Shown here: positions 24,619-35,545 of the stretch, piece by piece
How positions within the stretch are numbered: the stretch's first letter is position 1
Layout: every line of letters begins with the position of its first letter
Assembly: GCA_032718475.1 (NCBI GenBank)
Contig: JAUCBJ010002651.1
Location: forward strand, 1 to 35,545
Reading direction: 5' to 3'
DNA: 35,545 nucleotides
From: Nemertoderma westbladi
Taxonomy: Eukaryota > Animalia > Xenacoelomorpha
Made by a program: the position numbers and the translations under genes
The notes under the pieces: generated by a model
What the model was told of the DNA's origin: nothing
Seen by the model: the letters and a program-made list of their open reading frames with translations, nothing else
The model's database searches: none

Positions 24619-25791
24619 ACCAGTTCGACATGGCGGCATTGGGATCCGTGATCCGACGGTGCGCCGTGGCCCCGCCCGTGAGGCGTCTCTCGCTGGAACG
24701 GTCAGGGTGGTTGACGCCATGACTACCGGTCGCCCCCTCCATGTCGCGGACCACGCAGCCTGTCTCGCCTCCGCCCTCGCCGAGAGCCGGATCACTCAGG
24801 ATGCGGCCTACAAGGTGATACAGATGAGCGCACTCCAAGCCATTCCCTCGGAACGACGACGCACCGTCGAACGTACGATGTCCCATAAGACTGGGGGATG
24901 GTTGACGGCGCAGCCCTCTATGGTCGACCACACTGACCTCGACCCAGAGGTGTTCCGGGACAACCTCGCCTTGAGGTATGGACGGACGCCGCCGGGCCTC
25001 CCGGCAAAGTGCGAGGGGTGTGGGGAGTCGTTCTCGACGTCCCATGCCCTTAATTGCAAGTCGGGGGGCCTGATCATAAAGCGGCACAACGAGGTGAGGG
25101 AGGTGTTCGGGGACCTCATTGCGTCCGCGTTCGGGGGCTCATGCGTCCAGCGGGAGGTTACGTTGGCGTCCGGCTACCTGGACAGACAGGGCCGCGAGGT
25201 GGGTGGAGTTAGGGCGGATCTCCTGGCGAGGGGAGTCTGGGCCGAACAGAGGGTGGCGTCTTTCGACATTGCGATTGTTAACGCCGACGCCCCCTCATAC
25301 GTTAATCGGTCCCTGGACTCCGTACTCGAGCAGCGAGTTCGTTCCAAGATGGTCCACTACAGCGGGGTGTGTGAAGATCGTCGGATCTCCTTCACCCCCC
25401 TAGTCGGAACCACCGATGGGGTGTGGTGCAAGGAGGCCGATATTCTGATCCGCCACCTCGCTGAGACCCTCGTGGCCCGGCAGCGGGGGATGCGAGAGCG
25501 AGGCCTAGCTTGTGTGTTAGGGGGAGTGCGGAGGCGCTTACAGTTCGCGCTTCTGCGCTCGAGCTCCCTGTGCCTGCGTGGTGGTAGGCGGCCATGGAGG
25601 GTGCTCGGATTTGGGGATGGTGCCGGTCTGCGGGGGTCTGACCTTCCTGATCGGTACTGATCCCTTGCCTCTGAGCTCCAACATATCCTTCCGGTGCTTT
25701 GGTGGTAGGCCCGATGATATTTGTGTGGTGGCGGAATTAATTTTGTTATTTTTGGTGCACATCTTTTTAATTTATGATTTAAGATTATTTA
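24619..25791 (+). mobile_element. 5'-truncated RLE-type (CRE-like) non-LTR retrotransposon with 14-bp TSD
   Basis: Uninterrupted frame 24620-25660: PVRHGGIGIRDP (post-RT motif), CEGC..HALNC zinc knuckle, RHNEVR, RADL..FDIAI (restriction-like endonuclease). GC-rich in AT-rich flanks. TTATATCAGGTTAT at 24605-24618 and 25792-25805. Confidence 0.9.
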
Positions 25792-26984
25792 TTATATCAG
25801 GTTATTTGGTTTCACCACGAAATATTTATGGCGAAACGTTAGTATAAGTACACCGTGATTAGTTACAGTACAGGTATAATTCTCAAAAGTCAATAACAAG
25901 AAAATGTACGGAAGTTTTATGGTGATAATAAGGCGAGCCTTAGCGCACAATTATAATTTTTAATTAGGGCAAAATTTCATGTTCGTCTCTGTCTGTAATG
26001 AAGAATTCATTCGTAAAAACTTTTTGAAGATTTTAACCATTTTAACCAAATTTTGTATGGTCATACTAGAGAAAAGTTCCATTATTTTTGAAAGTTACGA
26101 GCAAATACCTCTCGAAATTTTGACTCCATATCAAATCGAATTTGTTTCGAACTTGCTCAAGTTCGCGTGCTGCGCGATGCCCCACGAACGTGTAACCTTG
26201 TGTTACTACATTCAGATTCACCTAAGTACGCTTCATATACTTAAAGTAGTTATAGGACCCCCTTTAACGAACATATACAGTCCGTACTTTGTTGGTTGTT
26301 AACCTGTCTGTAAATAATTACGACAGCCCCATTTGGGTTTAAACATGTATTACAAATTGTTTACAAAATGTTTAAAAAATTGTAATATGCCTACATACAT
26401 ACAGTATTACGATAAATCTAAATATGTTAATCTAATATATTCTATCATACTGTCTATTTTATATCGGAATTTGATGGCATAAAAATTAGTTGTACCGTAC
26501 GTTAAATTTAATATTATGGTTTAGGTTTATAAATTGTCTTTTAATGTTATTTTAATTTATTTACTGAAGACGTCCGTGAGGATGAAATGTCCATATAAAT
26601 AGAAACTGTTTTCGTTAACCGTGGCATTAGACCCTTTCTACAGTCATTATCCGTAAAGTTATACGAAATCAGACACTTTCGCGCCGTTTCCAAATTTAAA
26701 CATAACAAACATTGTTTAATTCCAGGCGACTTTGGCAATAAACTTATAATTTTATCAATCCTGTAATTATTGCAGTTGAAAGCGGACACCCCACGCCGAT
26801 TCCAACCTTAACATATTAAATTGCAGGCGAGTTTAGAGTAAGAAACTCATCATTCCATATCTATAAATTATAGAACCAACATAAACATTAACTGTTGACT
26901 GTCATTACTCTGATTTAATCTCTTACGGCATTTACTAACTCGCCTAACATGGCCCTCTACATACTGACGGTTGTTGGACTATCT

Positions 26985-28842
26985 GGTTATGGAGGGTGTA
27001 AACGTAAAACTTGTCCGTAAGTAAACCTATCCTTAAACCTGTTTGTAAACCTGTTCGTAAACCTGTCCGTAAACCTAAACCTGTCCGTAAACCTAAACCT
27101 GTACTTAAACCTGTCCGTAAACCTGTTTGTAAACCTGTCTGTAAACCTTTCCCCAAACTTCTCCGTAAACCTGTTCATAAACCTGTACTTAAACCTGTCC
27201 GTAAACCTGTTCGTAAACCTGTTCGTAAACCTGTCCGTAAACCTTTCCCCAAACTTCTCTGTAAACCTGTTCGTAAACCTGTTTGTAAACCTGTACTTAA
27301 ACCTGTTCGTAAACCTGTTCGTAAACCTGTCCGTAAACCTTTCCCCAAACTTCTCCGTAAACCTGTCCGTAAACCTTTCCCCAAACTTCTCCGAAAACCT
27401 GTTCATAAACCTGTACTTAAACCTGTCCGTAAACCTGTTCGTAAACCTGTTCGTAAACCTGTTCGTAAACCTGTCCGTAAACCTTTCCCCAAACTTCTCC
27501 GTAAACCTGTTCGTAAACCTGTCCGTAAACCTTTCCCCAAACTTCTCTGTAAACCTGTCCGTAAACCTGTTTGTAAACCTGTACTTAAACCTGTTCGTAA
27601 ACCTGTCCGTAAACCTTTCCCCAAACTTCTCCGTAAACCTGTCCGTAAACCTTTCCCCAAACTTCTCCGTAAACCTGTACTTAAACCTGTCCGTAAACCT
27701 GTTCGTAAACCTGTTCGTAAACCTGTCCGTAAACCGTTCCCCAAACTTCTCCGTAAACCTGTTCGTAAACCTGTCCATAAACCTGTTCGTAAACCTGTCC
27801 GTAAACCTTTCCCCAAACTTCTCCATAAACCTTTCCCCAAACTTCTCCGTAAACCTGTTCATAAACCTGTACTTAAACCTGTCCGTAAACCTGTTCGTAA
27901 ACCTGTTCGTAAACCTTTCCCCAAACTTCTCCGTAAACCTGTTCGTAAACCTGTCCATAAACCTTTCCCCAAACTTCTCTGTAAACCTGTCCGTAAACCT
28001 GTTTGTAAACCTGTACTTAAACCTGTTCGTAAACCTGTTCGTAAACCTGTCCGTAAACCTTTCCCCAAACTTCTCCGTAAACCTGTCCGTAAACCTTTCC
28101 CCAAACTTATCCGTAAACCTGTTCATAAACCTGTACTTAAACCTGTCCGTAAACCTGTTCGTAAACCTGTCCATAAACCTGTCCGTAAACCTTTCCCCAA
28201 ACTTCTCCGTAAACCTGTTCGTAAACCTGTCCATAAACCTGTTCGTAAACCTGTCCGTAAACCTTTCCCCAAACTTCTCCATAAACCTGTCCGTAAACCT
28301 TTCCCCAAACTTCTCCGTAAACCTGTTCGTAAACCTTTCCCCAAACTTCTCCGTAAACCTGTCCGTAAACCTGTCCATAAACCTGTTCGTAAACCTGTCC
28401 ATAAACCTGTTCGTAAACCTGTCCGTAAACTTCTCCGTAAACCTTTCCCCAAACTTCTCCGTAAACCTTTCCCCAAACTTCTCCATAAACCTGTCCGTAA
28501 ACCTTTCCCCAAACTTCTCCGTAAACCTGTCCGTAAACCTTTCCCCAAACTTCTCTGTAAACCTTTCCCCAAACTTCTCCGTAAACCTTTCCCCAAACTT
28601 CTCCGTAAACCTTTCCCCAAACTTCTCCGTAAACCTTTCCCTAAACTTCTCCATAAACCTGTCCATAAACCTTTCCCCAAACTTCTCCGTAAACCTGTCC
28701 GTAAACCTTTCCCCAAACTTCTCCGTAAACCTTTCCCCAAACTTCTCCGTAAACCTGTCCATAAACCTGTTCGTAAACCTAAACTTCTCCATAAACCTGT
28801 CCGTAAACTGCTGTCCGTTTTACGTTTACACCCGTTATTACC
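26985..28842. mobile_element. Probable non-autonomous TIR element filled by a 12-bp minisatellite (about 150 units, ~27011-28808)
   Basis: Units AAACCTGTCCGT, AAACCTGTTCGT, AAACCTTTCCCC, AAACTTCTCCGT, AAACCTGTACTT. Perfect 17-bp inverted repeat GGGTGTAAACGTAAAAC at 26994-27010 and 28817-28833. Confidence 0.8.
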
Positions 28843-29353
28843 CTATGAGACCGCCAACTGGGTGATTAACAGTTTAAAGTAAATGCCACTGCCTCAGATG
28901 GCGGCACACATCAATTGAATTATAGGGAAACAATTAAAATCCCCCTGGATTGATAATTATATTAAATATTAAAAATTCTTTACCGCCTTGGCCTTTAATT
29001 TTAATGCGGTTGACGGTTCTACAGTAATGAATTATTATTTATTTCGTTCTTGTTAGAAGAACCGTGTGAAGAACCACCAAAATTTGTATAAAATTTTGGA
29101 TAATAATTCGAAAAATTAATAATCGTCTTTTTGGCATTTTTTCTGCTCTACTATAAAACGTACATGTTGGACCAAGTTGGAGATGTGTGCATTGTACTTG
29201 ACACAATTGAACCAGGCGTATTGCGTAGCATTTGTTGGTAATATATATGTATATTTGTATATATATAACAATATGAAATCAATATACGATTGAACCGGCT
29301 ATATATTTTAATGTATTTTAGACAGATTTAACAATAAACTAATTCATTCAATA

Positions 29354-30436
29354 TCAAGATACATTATCAGTATCTATCGTATCTTTACGAAAACGAAATA
29401 AATTAGCCCCAACTATAATAACGAACAACAACAAACCTAGACGACTGTTATCTACAAACTTACTCCAGCAGTTTGGCGGAGAGTGAATGTCTAGAAGTTG
29501 GATCTCTTGGTAGAGTCTGTAAGCGATGTAGGTGATACCTAGGTGGTAAAGGATTCCCTGATGGGCAGCTATCCCGCTCACATAGAGCAACCCGACCATA
29601 CCGGATGCGAAACGAGACAACCAAAGTTTAGTTTCGTCTCCAAATAGAATCGCCGTGGATTTAACTCCAACACGCAAGTCGTCGTGGATATCTTGATGAG
29701 CGTAAATCGTGTCGTAGTAGAGAGTCCAACACATGAAGGAGAGAAATAATGGAATGGAAGCGAGTTGGAACGAACCGGTAACCATGGGCCAGGCCATAAG
29801 AGCTCCCCAGTTAATAGTGACTCCAAGGAAAGCTTGAGGCCAGTAGGTGTATCGCTTCATGGCGGGGTAAAGGGTTACTAATGCAACGCATGGAAGGGCA
29901 ACTACAAACGTAGTCCAGTTGAATGTTAGCAGAAGAGCCCCTGCTACGGTCAACTGAGCTGCGAAATAGTACAGAGCCTGTTGGCGATCGAGTTCCCCAG
30001 AGGCGAGAGGCCGGTTCGCTGAGCGAGTCACCTTGCGGTCTATATCGATATCCCACCAGTCGTTTATAGTGCAGCCCGCGCCCCGCATTACCAGTATTAC
30101 CACCGCTCCTATACACACCTTACTTAGGATCCACAGACTGGGCAGGTAGCCTGCTGGGGTAGCCATGGCGACGCCGCAGATGGCGGGGGCTAGGATTAGG
30201 TAGGTGCCGGTAGGAGAACCTAAACGTGAGAGTCTGGCGTATGGTTGCCAATGTCTGAATGTCGAGGTAAATCCTCGACTAACTCCTGCATAGATGATAG
30301 AGCCGACCTTAAAGAAAACCTGCGCGGAAGGTATTAATGTATCCTTCTGGAGCTGTTTGAGTTTAATTTGCGACTTAGACATAAAATATTTAGCTTGCCT
30401 CGCAATTGGTTTTACTCTGTCAATAAACGGTTTCAT
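29354..30436 (-). CDS. COQ2: 4-hydroxybenzoate polyprenyltransferase (UbiA family), intronless; coordinates from the first in-frame ATG
   Basis: PYARLSRL..PTGT, MRGAGCTINDWWDIDIDRKVTRSANRPLASG, YPAMKRYTYWPQAFLG, YDTIYAHQD..DD..GVKSTA. The frame stays open upstream to 30526. Confidence 0.95.
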   Translation of the reverse strand: MKPFIDRVKPIARQAKYFMSKSQIKLKQLQKDTLIPSAQVFFKVGSIIYAGVSRGFTSTFRHWQPYARLSRLGSPTGTYLILAPAICGVAMATPAGYLPSLWILSKVCIGAVVILVMRGAGCTINDWWDIDIDRKVTRSANRPLASGELDRQQALYYFAAQLTVAGALLLTFNWTTFVVALPCVALVTLYPAMKRYTYWPQAFLGVTINWGALMAWPMVTGSFQLASIPLFLSFMCWTLYYDTIYAHQDIHDDLRVGVKSTAILFGDETKLWLSRFASGMVGLLYVSGIAAHQGILYHLGITYIAYRLYQEIQLLDIHSPPNCWSKFVDNSRLGLLLFVIIVGANLFRFRKDTIDTDNVS

Positions 30437-30507
30437 CGTTTTATTATAAGGTTTCAAATATTTTTCTATTATATTTAAATAATACGCGCCTCCCTTTTCT
30501 AATGACT

Positions 30508-30696
30508 TTAACTTTGCGTTAAGCAGTTAAGGAAATCCACATTTCGATTATTTTCCGCTCGCAGTGGTTTGGCTTTGGGCCTAGTGTTATTGTTATTGCT
30601 CGATAACTTTGTTTGCTGAGTGACATTGACATTGAATGGATGTTTGAGTCTGGAGCTGAACAACTGTATCGAACTGAGATTTAACAACACCATCAT
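30508..30696 (-). CDS. COQ2: Upstream ORF, probable out-of-frame N-terminus (mitochondrial presequence) of COQ2
   Basis: MMVLLNLSSIQLFSSRLKHPF... is Ser/Leu/Arg/Lys-rich with no acidic residue in the first 47 aa. It overlaps the COQ2 frame at 30526-30511; one added base fuses them. Confidence 0.55.
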   Translation of the reverse strand: MMVLLNLSSIQLFSSRLKHPFNVNVTQQTKLSSNNNNTRPKAKPLRAENNRNVDFLNCLTQS

Positions 30697-30829
30697 ATTA
30701 TTATTAGGTTTATATAGGCCTATTAATTATTTAAAAGCGGTAAAGTTATAATAGCAAGCCTGCAAGCCCAACCAAAGCAGCAACACCAAAACAGCCAACA
30801 GGTACTGGCTCCTGTATGGAATCCATCCA

Positions 30830-31265
30830 AAAAGTGCGCCAGATAGCGCGCCGACCAATTTTTATGCGCGCCGCGCGCCGATGTAATTTCGAAGCAACCA
30901 CCGTGCACCGAAATTTTTAAGCGCGCCGCGTCAATGCAATTTCAATTTTGAAGGAGTGTAACCAGTCTGCCAATGTCAGTACTTCTGTACCTGTCCCTGT
31001 ACAGCAGTCTGGCAGTAACCATACAAAGGAAAAAAGAAAAGCGAGCCGAAATTTTTAAACAGCTACCAGTAATGCAATTTTTAAGGCACTTCCGTAATAG
31101 ACCAACAAAGCCCACCAGTAATAGCCCACCAACAAATCGGCGCCGGTTTTTAATTTTGGGAGCGCCACGCGCCAAAGCCGGCGCGCTTTACGATTTTCGA
31201 GCGCGCCACGCGCCACATTGGCGCGCTTTTTTTTGTAAAGCGCGCCGGATTACTCCGGCGCAAAG
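30830..31265. other. GCGCGCC-motif-rich CpG cluster upstream of COQ2 (MITE-like subterminal repeats and/or promoter)
   Basis: Many GCGCGCC/GCGCC motifs in two clusters (30836-30932 and 31138-31262) separated by an A-rich core. Confidence 0.4.
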
Positions 31266-31849
31266 TGTAGGCCTATGGATTTCAGTCTGGTACTGGCCGT
31301 ACTGCAGTACTGTTATGAGCTACATCAGTACATACTCAAACTCCATAGGCCTACTGACACTGTAGTACCATACAGACAGACAGACTACATTTACGATAGC
31401 CAGAAATTTGTAGGTGCATGTCATCATTAGAACAGTAGATTTGATAATTGTTAGTACCTGTACTTCAGTACTTGTACCTGTACTGTTAGTACCGATCTGC
31501 TACCGGTACCTAGGTGAACCTCTCTGCACTCTAGATCAGGGGCGGTATTCATAAATGTGACTAACTAGGAACTTAGTCCTAGTCACATCAAGTTAGTAAG
31601 TGCTTGTACTAATTCGGTATTCAGAGAAGTTGGTGCTACTTATTACTAACGTATTTAGTACTAGTTGTTGCTAAACTCGCATTCATAGAATTTAGTCTTA
31701 CTTAAGTTAGTATTAGCTGTAACTTAAATTTATTGTCACATGAAGATGTCACAAAGTTGGTAAGACTGTAAGAACGCTTACTTATTCTATGTTGGCCGGT
31801 TGTAACCACAATCACCACTAAGGATGAACCAATAAAAATCGAAACGGGC

Positions 31850-32790
31850 CAATGTGCAATAAAAGGAATTCGACACAGATGCGACTTTAACATCCACTGC
31901 AACCCTATAAGAGTCACAGGATGAATAAACATCAATACAAGGTGATAATCACATGTAGAAACAGCTCAATATGAACACCTCAATAACATTGATTTCTCGA
32001 TACCGAAACTGGACATACCACGAGTCACAACCATACTCGGTATGGACTGCCCCACAGGACACCAGCTCTTCACAGTCACATATGGACCGAATCAATCACA
32101 AGAGCCAATCGCAATACAGACACCATTCGGGTGGTATCTTAGTGAACTGATACACACTAACGGACACAATAAGATGTACAACACACTGCATCAGGATGTA
32201 AAATGTCTGCAACCATCAATGAAGCAGATGAAACAACAGAAGAACAACTAAAAAGACTCATTGTTCAAGACTACAGTAAATTACATAGCCTAAAACAGGG
32301 GCTATCCATACAAAATAAATATGCAGAAGATGCATAAATTTGACGCTAAAATTCGATGGTTGAAAATATACAATCAGAATGCTTTGGAAACAACCAAAGA
32401 AACTCCTACCAAATAATAGGCAAATGGTAGTAAATAGACTAACTCTAGAAAAACCCTGATAAAGTGGCATACCTCCAAAGGGCAATACAAAAAAAGTATG
32501 TCGACAGAGGATGGGCTATTAAACTACCTCATGAGGAACCGGGTTCAGACTACACATACTACTTACCACTACATGTCGTGGTCGATAAAAGGAAAGGAAA
32601 CAAATAAGAATGGTTGTCAATGTAGCATCAAAGGCAAAAGGGAAATCCTTAAATGACTTCCTACTCGAAGGACCAAATATCTACAATATAGGTATAAGGT
32701 CGTTCTACTCCTCCGATATGGAAAACTCATATTTATATGCAACATCAAGGCTATGTTCAACATGGTAAATGTCACCAAAGAAGACGGCAA
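31850..32790 (+). mobile_element. BEL/Pao LTR retrotransposon pol fragment (pseudogenised)
   Basis: ILGMD...PIAIQTPFGWYLS, YTIRMLWK..LPNNRQMVVNRL, YLPLHVVVD, VASKAKGKSLNDFLLEGPN, NIKAMFNMV match the BEL/Pao post-protease region and RT start; many stops and frameshifts. Confidence 0.85.
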
Positions 32791-32848
32791 CTGTGATGTA
32801 TCTATATACAGTACTGGTTGCGGGATATACTATAGATATTACTATTAG

Positions 32849-33270
32849 ATTATTATTATAAGCGACGATGAGGAGGATTCCTCACGGTTCACAAGGGATG
32901 ATATCCTCAGTCTTACCACTGACGATCCTGCATTACTTACTCGGCTCGATCTTAAAGCTTATTTCGCCACTCTTAACATCTCATTAGACCCCAAAACTTC
33001 CACAGTTCAACTACGGAAAGAACAGTGGAAAGTTATTCAAACGGAACTCGGCCGAACCCAACTTCAACAAGAAAATCAAAGCGATTCAACACTTGCTACT
33101 CTCCTATCTCATATAGATACACGGGATGAGATCCTAGATCAGGAATGCCGGACAGAGATGGACGAGGAACGGCGTATTAGAAACAAGGAACTTAGTCGGA
33201 TACTCGGTGCTTTACATACCAGTAACAGTACCCCGGGTATCGATACCCCGGCAACCCGGGTTCAGAATCT
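32849..33270 (+). mobile_element. Open frame resembling a retrotransposon gag/ORF1 N-terminus (ISDDEEDSSRFTRDDIL...EERRIRNKEL)
   Basis: About 140 stop-free codons with coiled-coil-like composition and no ATG at the start (ATA AGC GAC). It directly follows the point where the BEL/Pao fragment breaks off. Family not recognised. Confidence 0.35.
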
Positions 33271-34046
33271 TATCATATTAGTAAAGTACTACCTAATGGC
33301 AAGTTACTGGCATGATAATTTTACTAAAATTTTACAATTACCACATTTTGCATTATTTGTTAAGGAATTAAGTAATACTTGCCAAGTACAGTATAGATTT
33401 TAAGAAATATTTGGGTGGGCACTTATCATGCAATGCACTTTCCAAATTCTTAACAAATTTTGTATTCCTAGAATATACTTTCTGTGACTTTATAACTTGA
33501 CAAACATTTCATAAGTACTTTAGTGGTGCTTGACACACATTGCAATTATAAATCAGACACATGATTCATCGCCAATAAATGACTCATTCAGTCATTTTGT
33601 GGTCAGTAGGCCTACTGCAGAGTTGCGTTTATTGAGTTTTCTTTATTTACATTTAATTGTTTAATGAGTTTTGCTTACTTAAATAAAATAGTGTTAGTGT
33701 TTTGTTACTTTAATTTTTACTGGTAGTTTTATTGCTGTTTGTTTACTTCAATTCAATTGTTTATTGTATTTTGTACTCTTTAATTCTGTAATTATTGTTT
33801 ATCGAGTTTTGTAATCTTGAATTGTTTAGTGCCTTTTGTATGCTTGTTTTGTTTATTTTTTTATTTATTTTATTTGTACTGTTTATATCGTTAATGAAAT
33901 ATTTATGGTTTGCCTAATTGTCTGATTGTTGCTAATTGGCAATTGTAATTGGATTAATGCCTAATTGATATACAATTAAAATTCAAATTATTTAAATGTT
34001 GTGAAATTTGCTTAATAACAATTGAATTTGGAAGAATTGGAATTTA

Positions 34047-34623
34047 AAAAAGGCCTCATAATCCAAAGACATACAATGAACTTGTTGGGGATGTTGTTGG
34101 GGATCTGGCCTCTCTAGCATTTGGACCACGAAACGTGACAGACGGAACCCATAGTCAGAGACCAGCCTGGATTAAGTGGAGAGGCAGGACTTTGGTGTGA
34201 TGTATGAGTTCCGGGGGCATTCAACCGGCAGACTCAGGCGTTGTTAGATATCAGGGTCGTAAACCTTGACGCCGAGTCGTATGCGGGACGCCGCCCATGA
34301 GGGTCCTAGAATCTGCGGAGGACGCTAAAACCGCACTATATGCGGAACCAGCGAGACAGAGGAGAGCGGACTTTGCACCCTTCGTAGTCTCTTGCGATGG
34401 AGTTCTGGCACCGCAGTCCAACAAGCTCCTGAGAATCTTCGCTGATAGGTTGCACCACAACTGGGACAGACCTTATAGCACCGTCATGGAGTGAGTTCGC
34501 CGCCGTGTGCAGTTCACAATAGTTCGAGGGGCTTCTCATTGCATCAGGGGGTCGAGGCTAAAGTGGCGCAGTGGTCTGGGTACGGAGGATGGAGCTGGAT
34601 TGCCGATCACTCCACTCGTCTGA
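34047..34623 (+). mobile_element. Older degenerate RLE-type (CRE-like) retrotransposon 3' fragment
   Basis: GLIIQRH..., ALLDIRVVNLDAESY, FAPFVVSCDGVL, RRRVQFTIVRGASHCIRGSR..W..G.EDGAGL is colinear with the C-terminus of 24620-25660; contains stops and frameshifts. Confidence 0.85.
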
Positions 34624-35545
34624 CTCTGTAAACTGAATCTGTAAACTATGTAATGTGTTGTGCTTTCTCTTATTTGTATCTGTGCTAGTCTTTTTGGAAT
34701 TATAGTTACTGTAGGTTCTTGTAAAATTCTCAGTGTATAATATTAATTGTAATTTCTGCTTTATATTATTATATTATTGTTAAAGCCGTTTAATTGTACT
34801 AAACGGGGGTCTGGGGGCGGCAGCTCCCAATAAAAAATAACAAAATGAAGATAAAAAAGTAGGCCTACTTAAAAAAAATTAAAAAAAAAATTTCCCTGAT
34901 TTTTATTCTGTTTTTTTTCCATACATTTTCCCATGGAAACCGTATTTTCTCACAGACACCGGGTAGTAACGAAATTGTAAAAAAAATGCCCTGTACAGTT
35001 ACAGTATATAAAATTCAACTGGACCTCCCCAATGAACCGCTAGTTATCCTGCATCTAAACTCAATAATAACTATGGTAGCCGTAGCACTTCATTATTTGG
35101 ATATCTTGCTACTGTATTAATGATTTTTAACATGACTAAAATTATTTTTAAACCTAATGTTAATTTGTTCATTGAACCACTATCTTCGTTGGGAAAAGTT
35201 AACCCTAATGTTTTTTCAAAATACAATTGCTGCAATCCATATAGTTATAATATGATGATTATGTTATTGGTAACTTTATATAACGGGTGATAAATTTTTT
35301 ATTTTATTTCGTGCTCCAAGTCGTAATCTACTGTAGCGATTGATAAGATTATAAATTTGAATTAAATAGTTTTATTGCATAAAAAGAAATGAGGAATACC
35401 ATTTTTGAACTTTATTGTTAAATTTTTCCGACGTAACTGTGTTTTAGTGTAGACCTACAGTATTTACGCGATTATATCTGATTTCTTTGATGATCTGATT
35501 TATATATCTATGTAACGTACAGTAATATTATGTTTGTTGATATGT

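Noticed and set aside
26987-28882. 623-aa (KPVR) and 601-aa (FTDR) ORFs as real genes
   Set aside because: Both arise from a 12-bp unit lacking stops in those frames; they have no unique domain or splice structure and are bounded by TIRs.

Overview
Eukaryotic (animal-like, AT-rich, intron-containing) genomic DNA, not prokaryotic. The left 20 kb holds a minus-strand amphiphysin/BIN1-family gene. I rebuilt it by hand as 10 phase-compatible GT-AG exons (20153 down to 2610; 437 codons; N-BAR domain, Tyr/Pro-rich linker, first half of an SH3 domain). Its last exon(s) lie beyond the left edge. The most striking feature is a perfect 51-bp tandem array (1..2648, about 52 copies, running off the window). 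Each unit is the last 39 nt of the SH3 exon plus its GTAAGT donor, so the array offers at least 52 identical, in-frame, stop-free alternative 5' splice sites. Other introns carry 34-, 39- and 30-bp minisatellites, two of which start about 10 nt after a donor. The right part holds an intronless COQ2 gene whose probable mitochondrial presequence is out of frame by one base. It also holds a young 5'-truncated RLE-type (CRE-like) retrotransposon with a 14-bp target-site duplication, a 12-bp satellite bounded by 17-bp inverted repeats, and decayed RTE, CR1/L2-ORF1, BEL/Pao and CRE fragments. All family calls come from motif recognition, with no database search.
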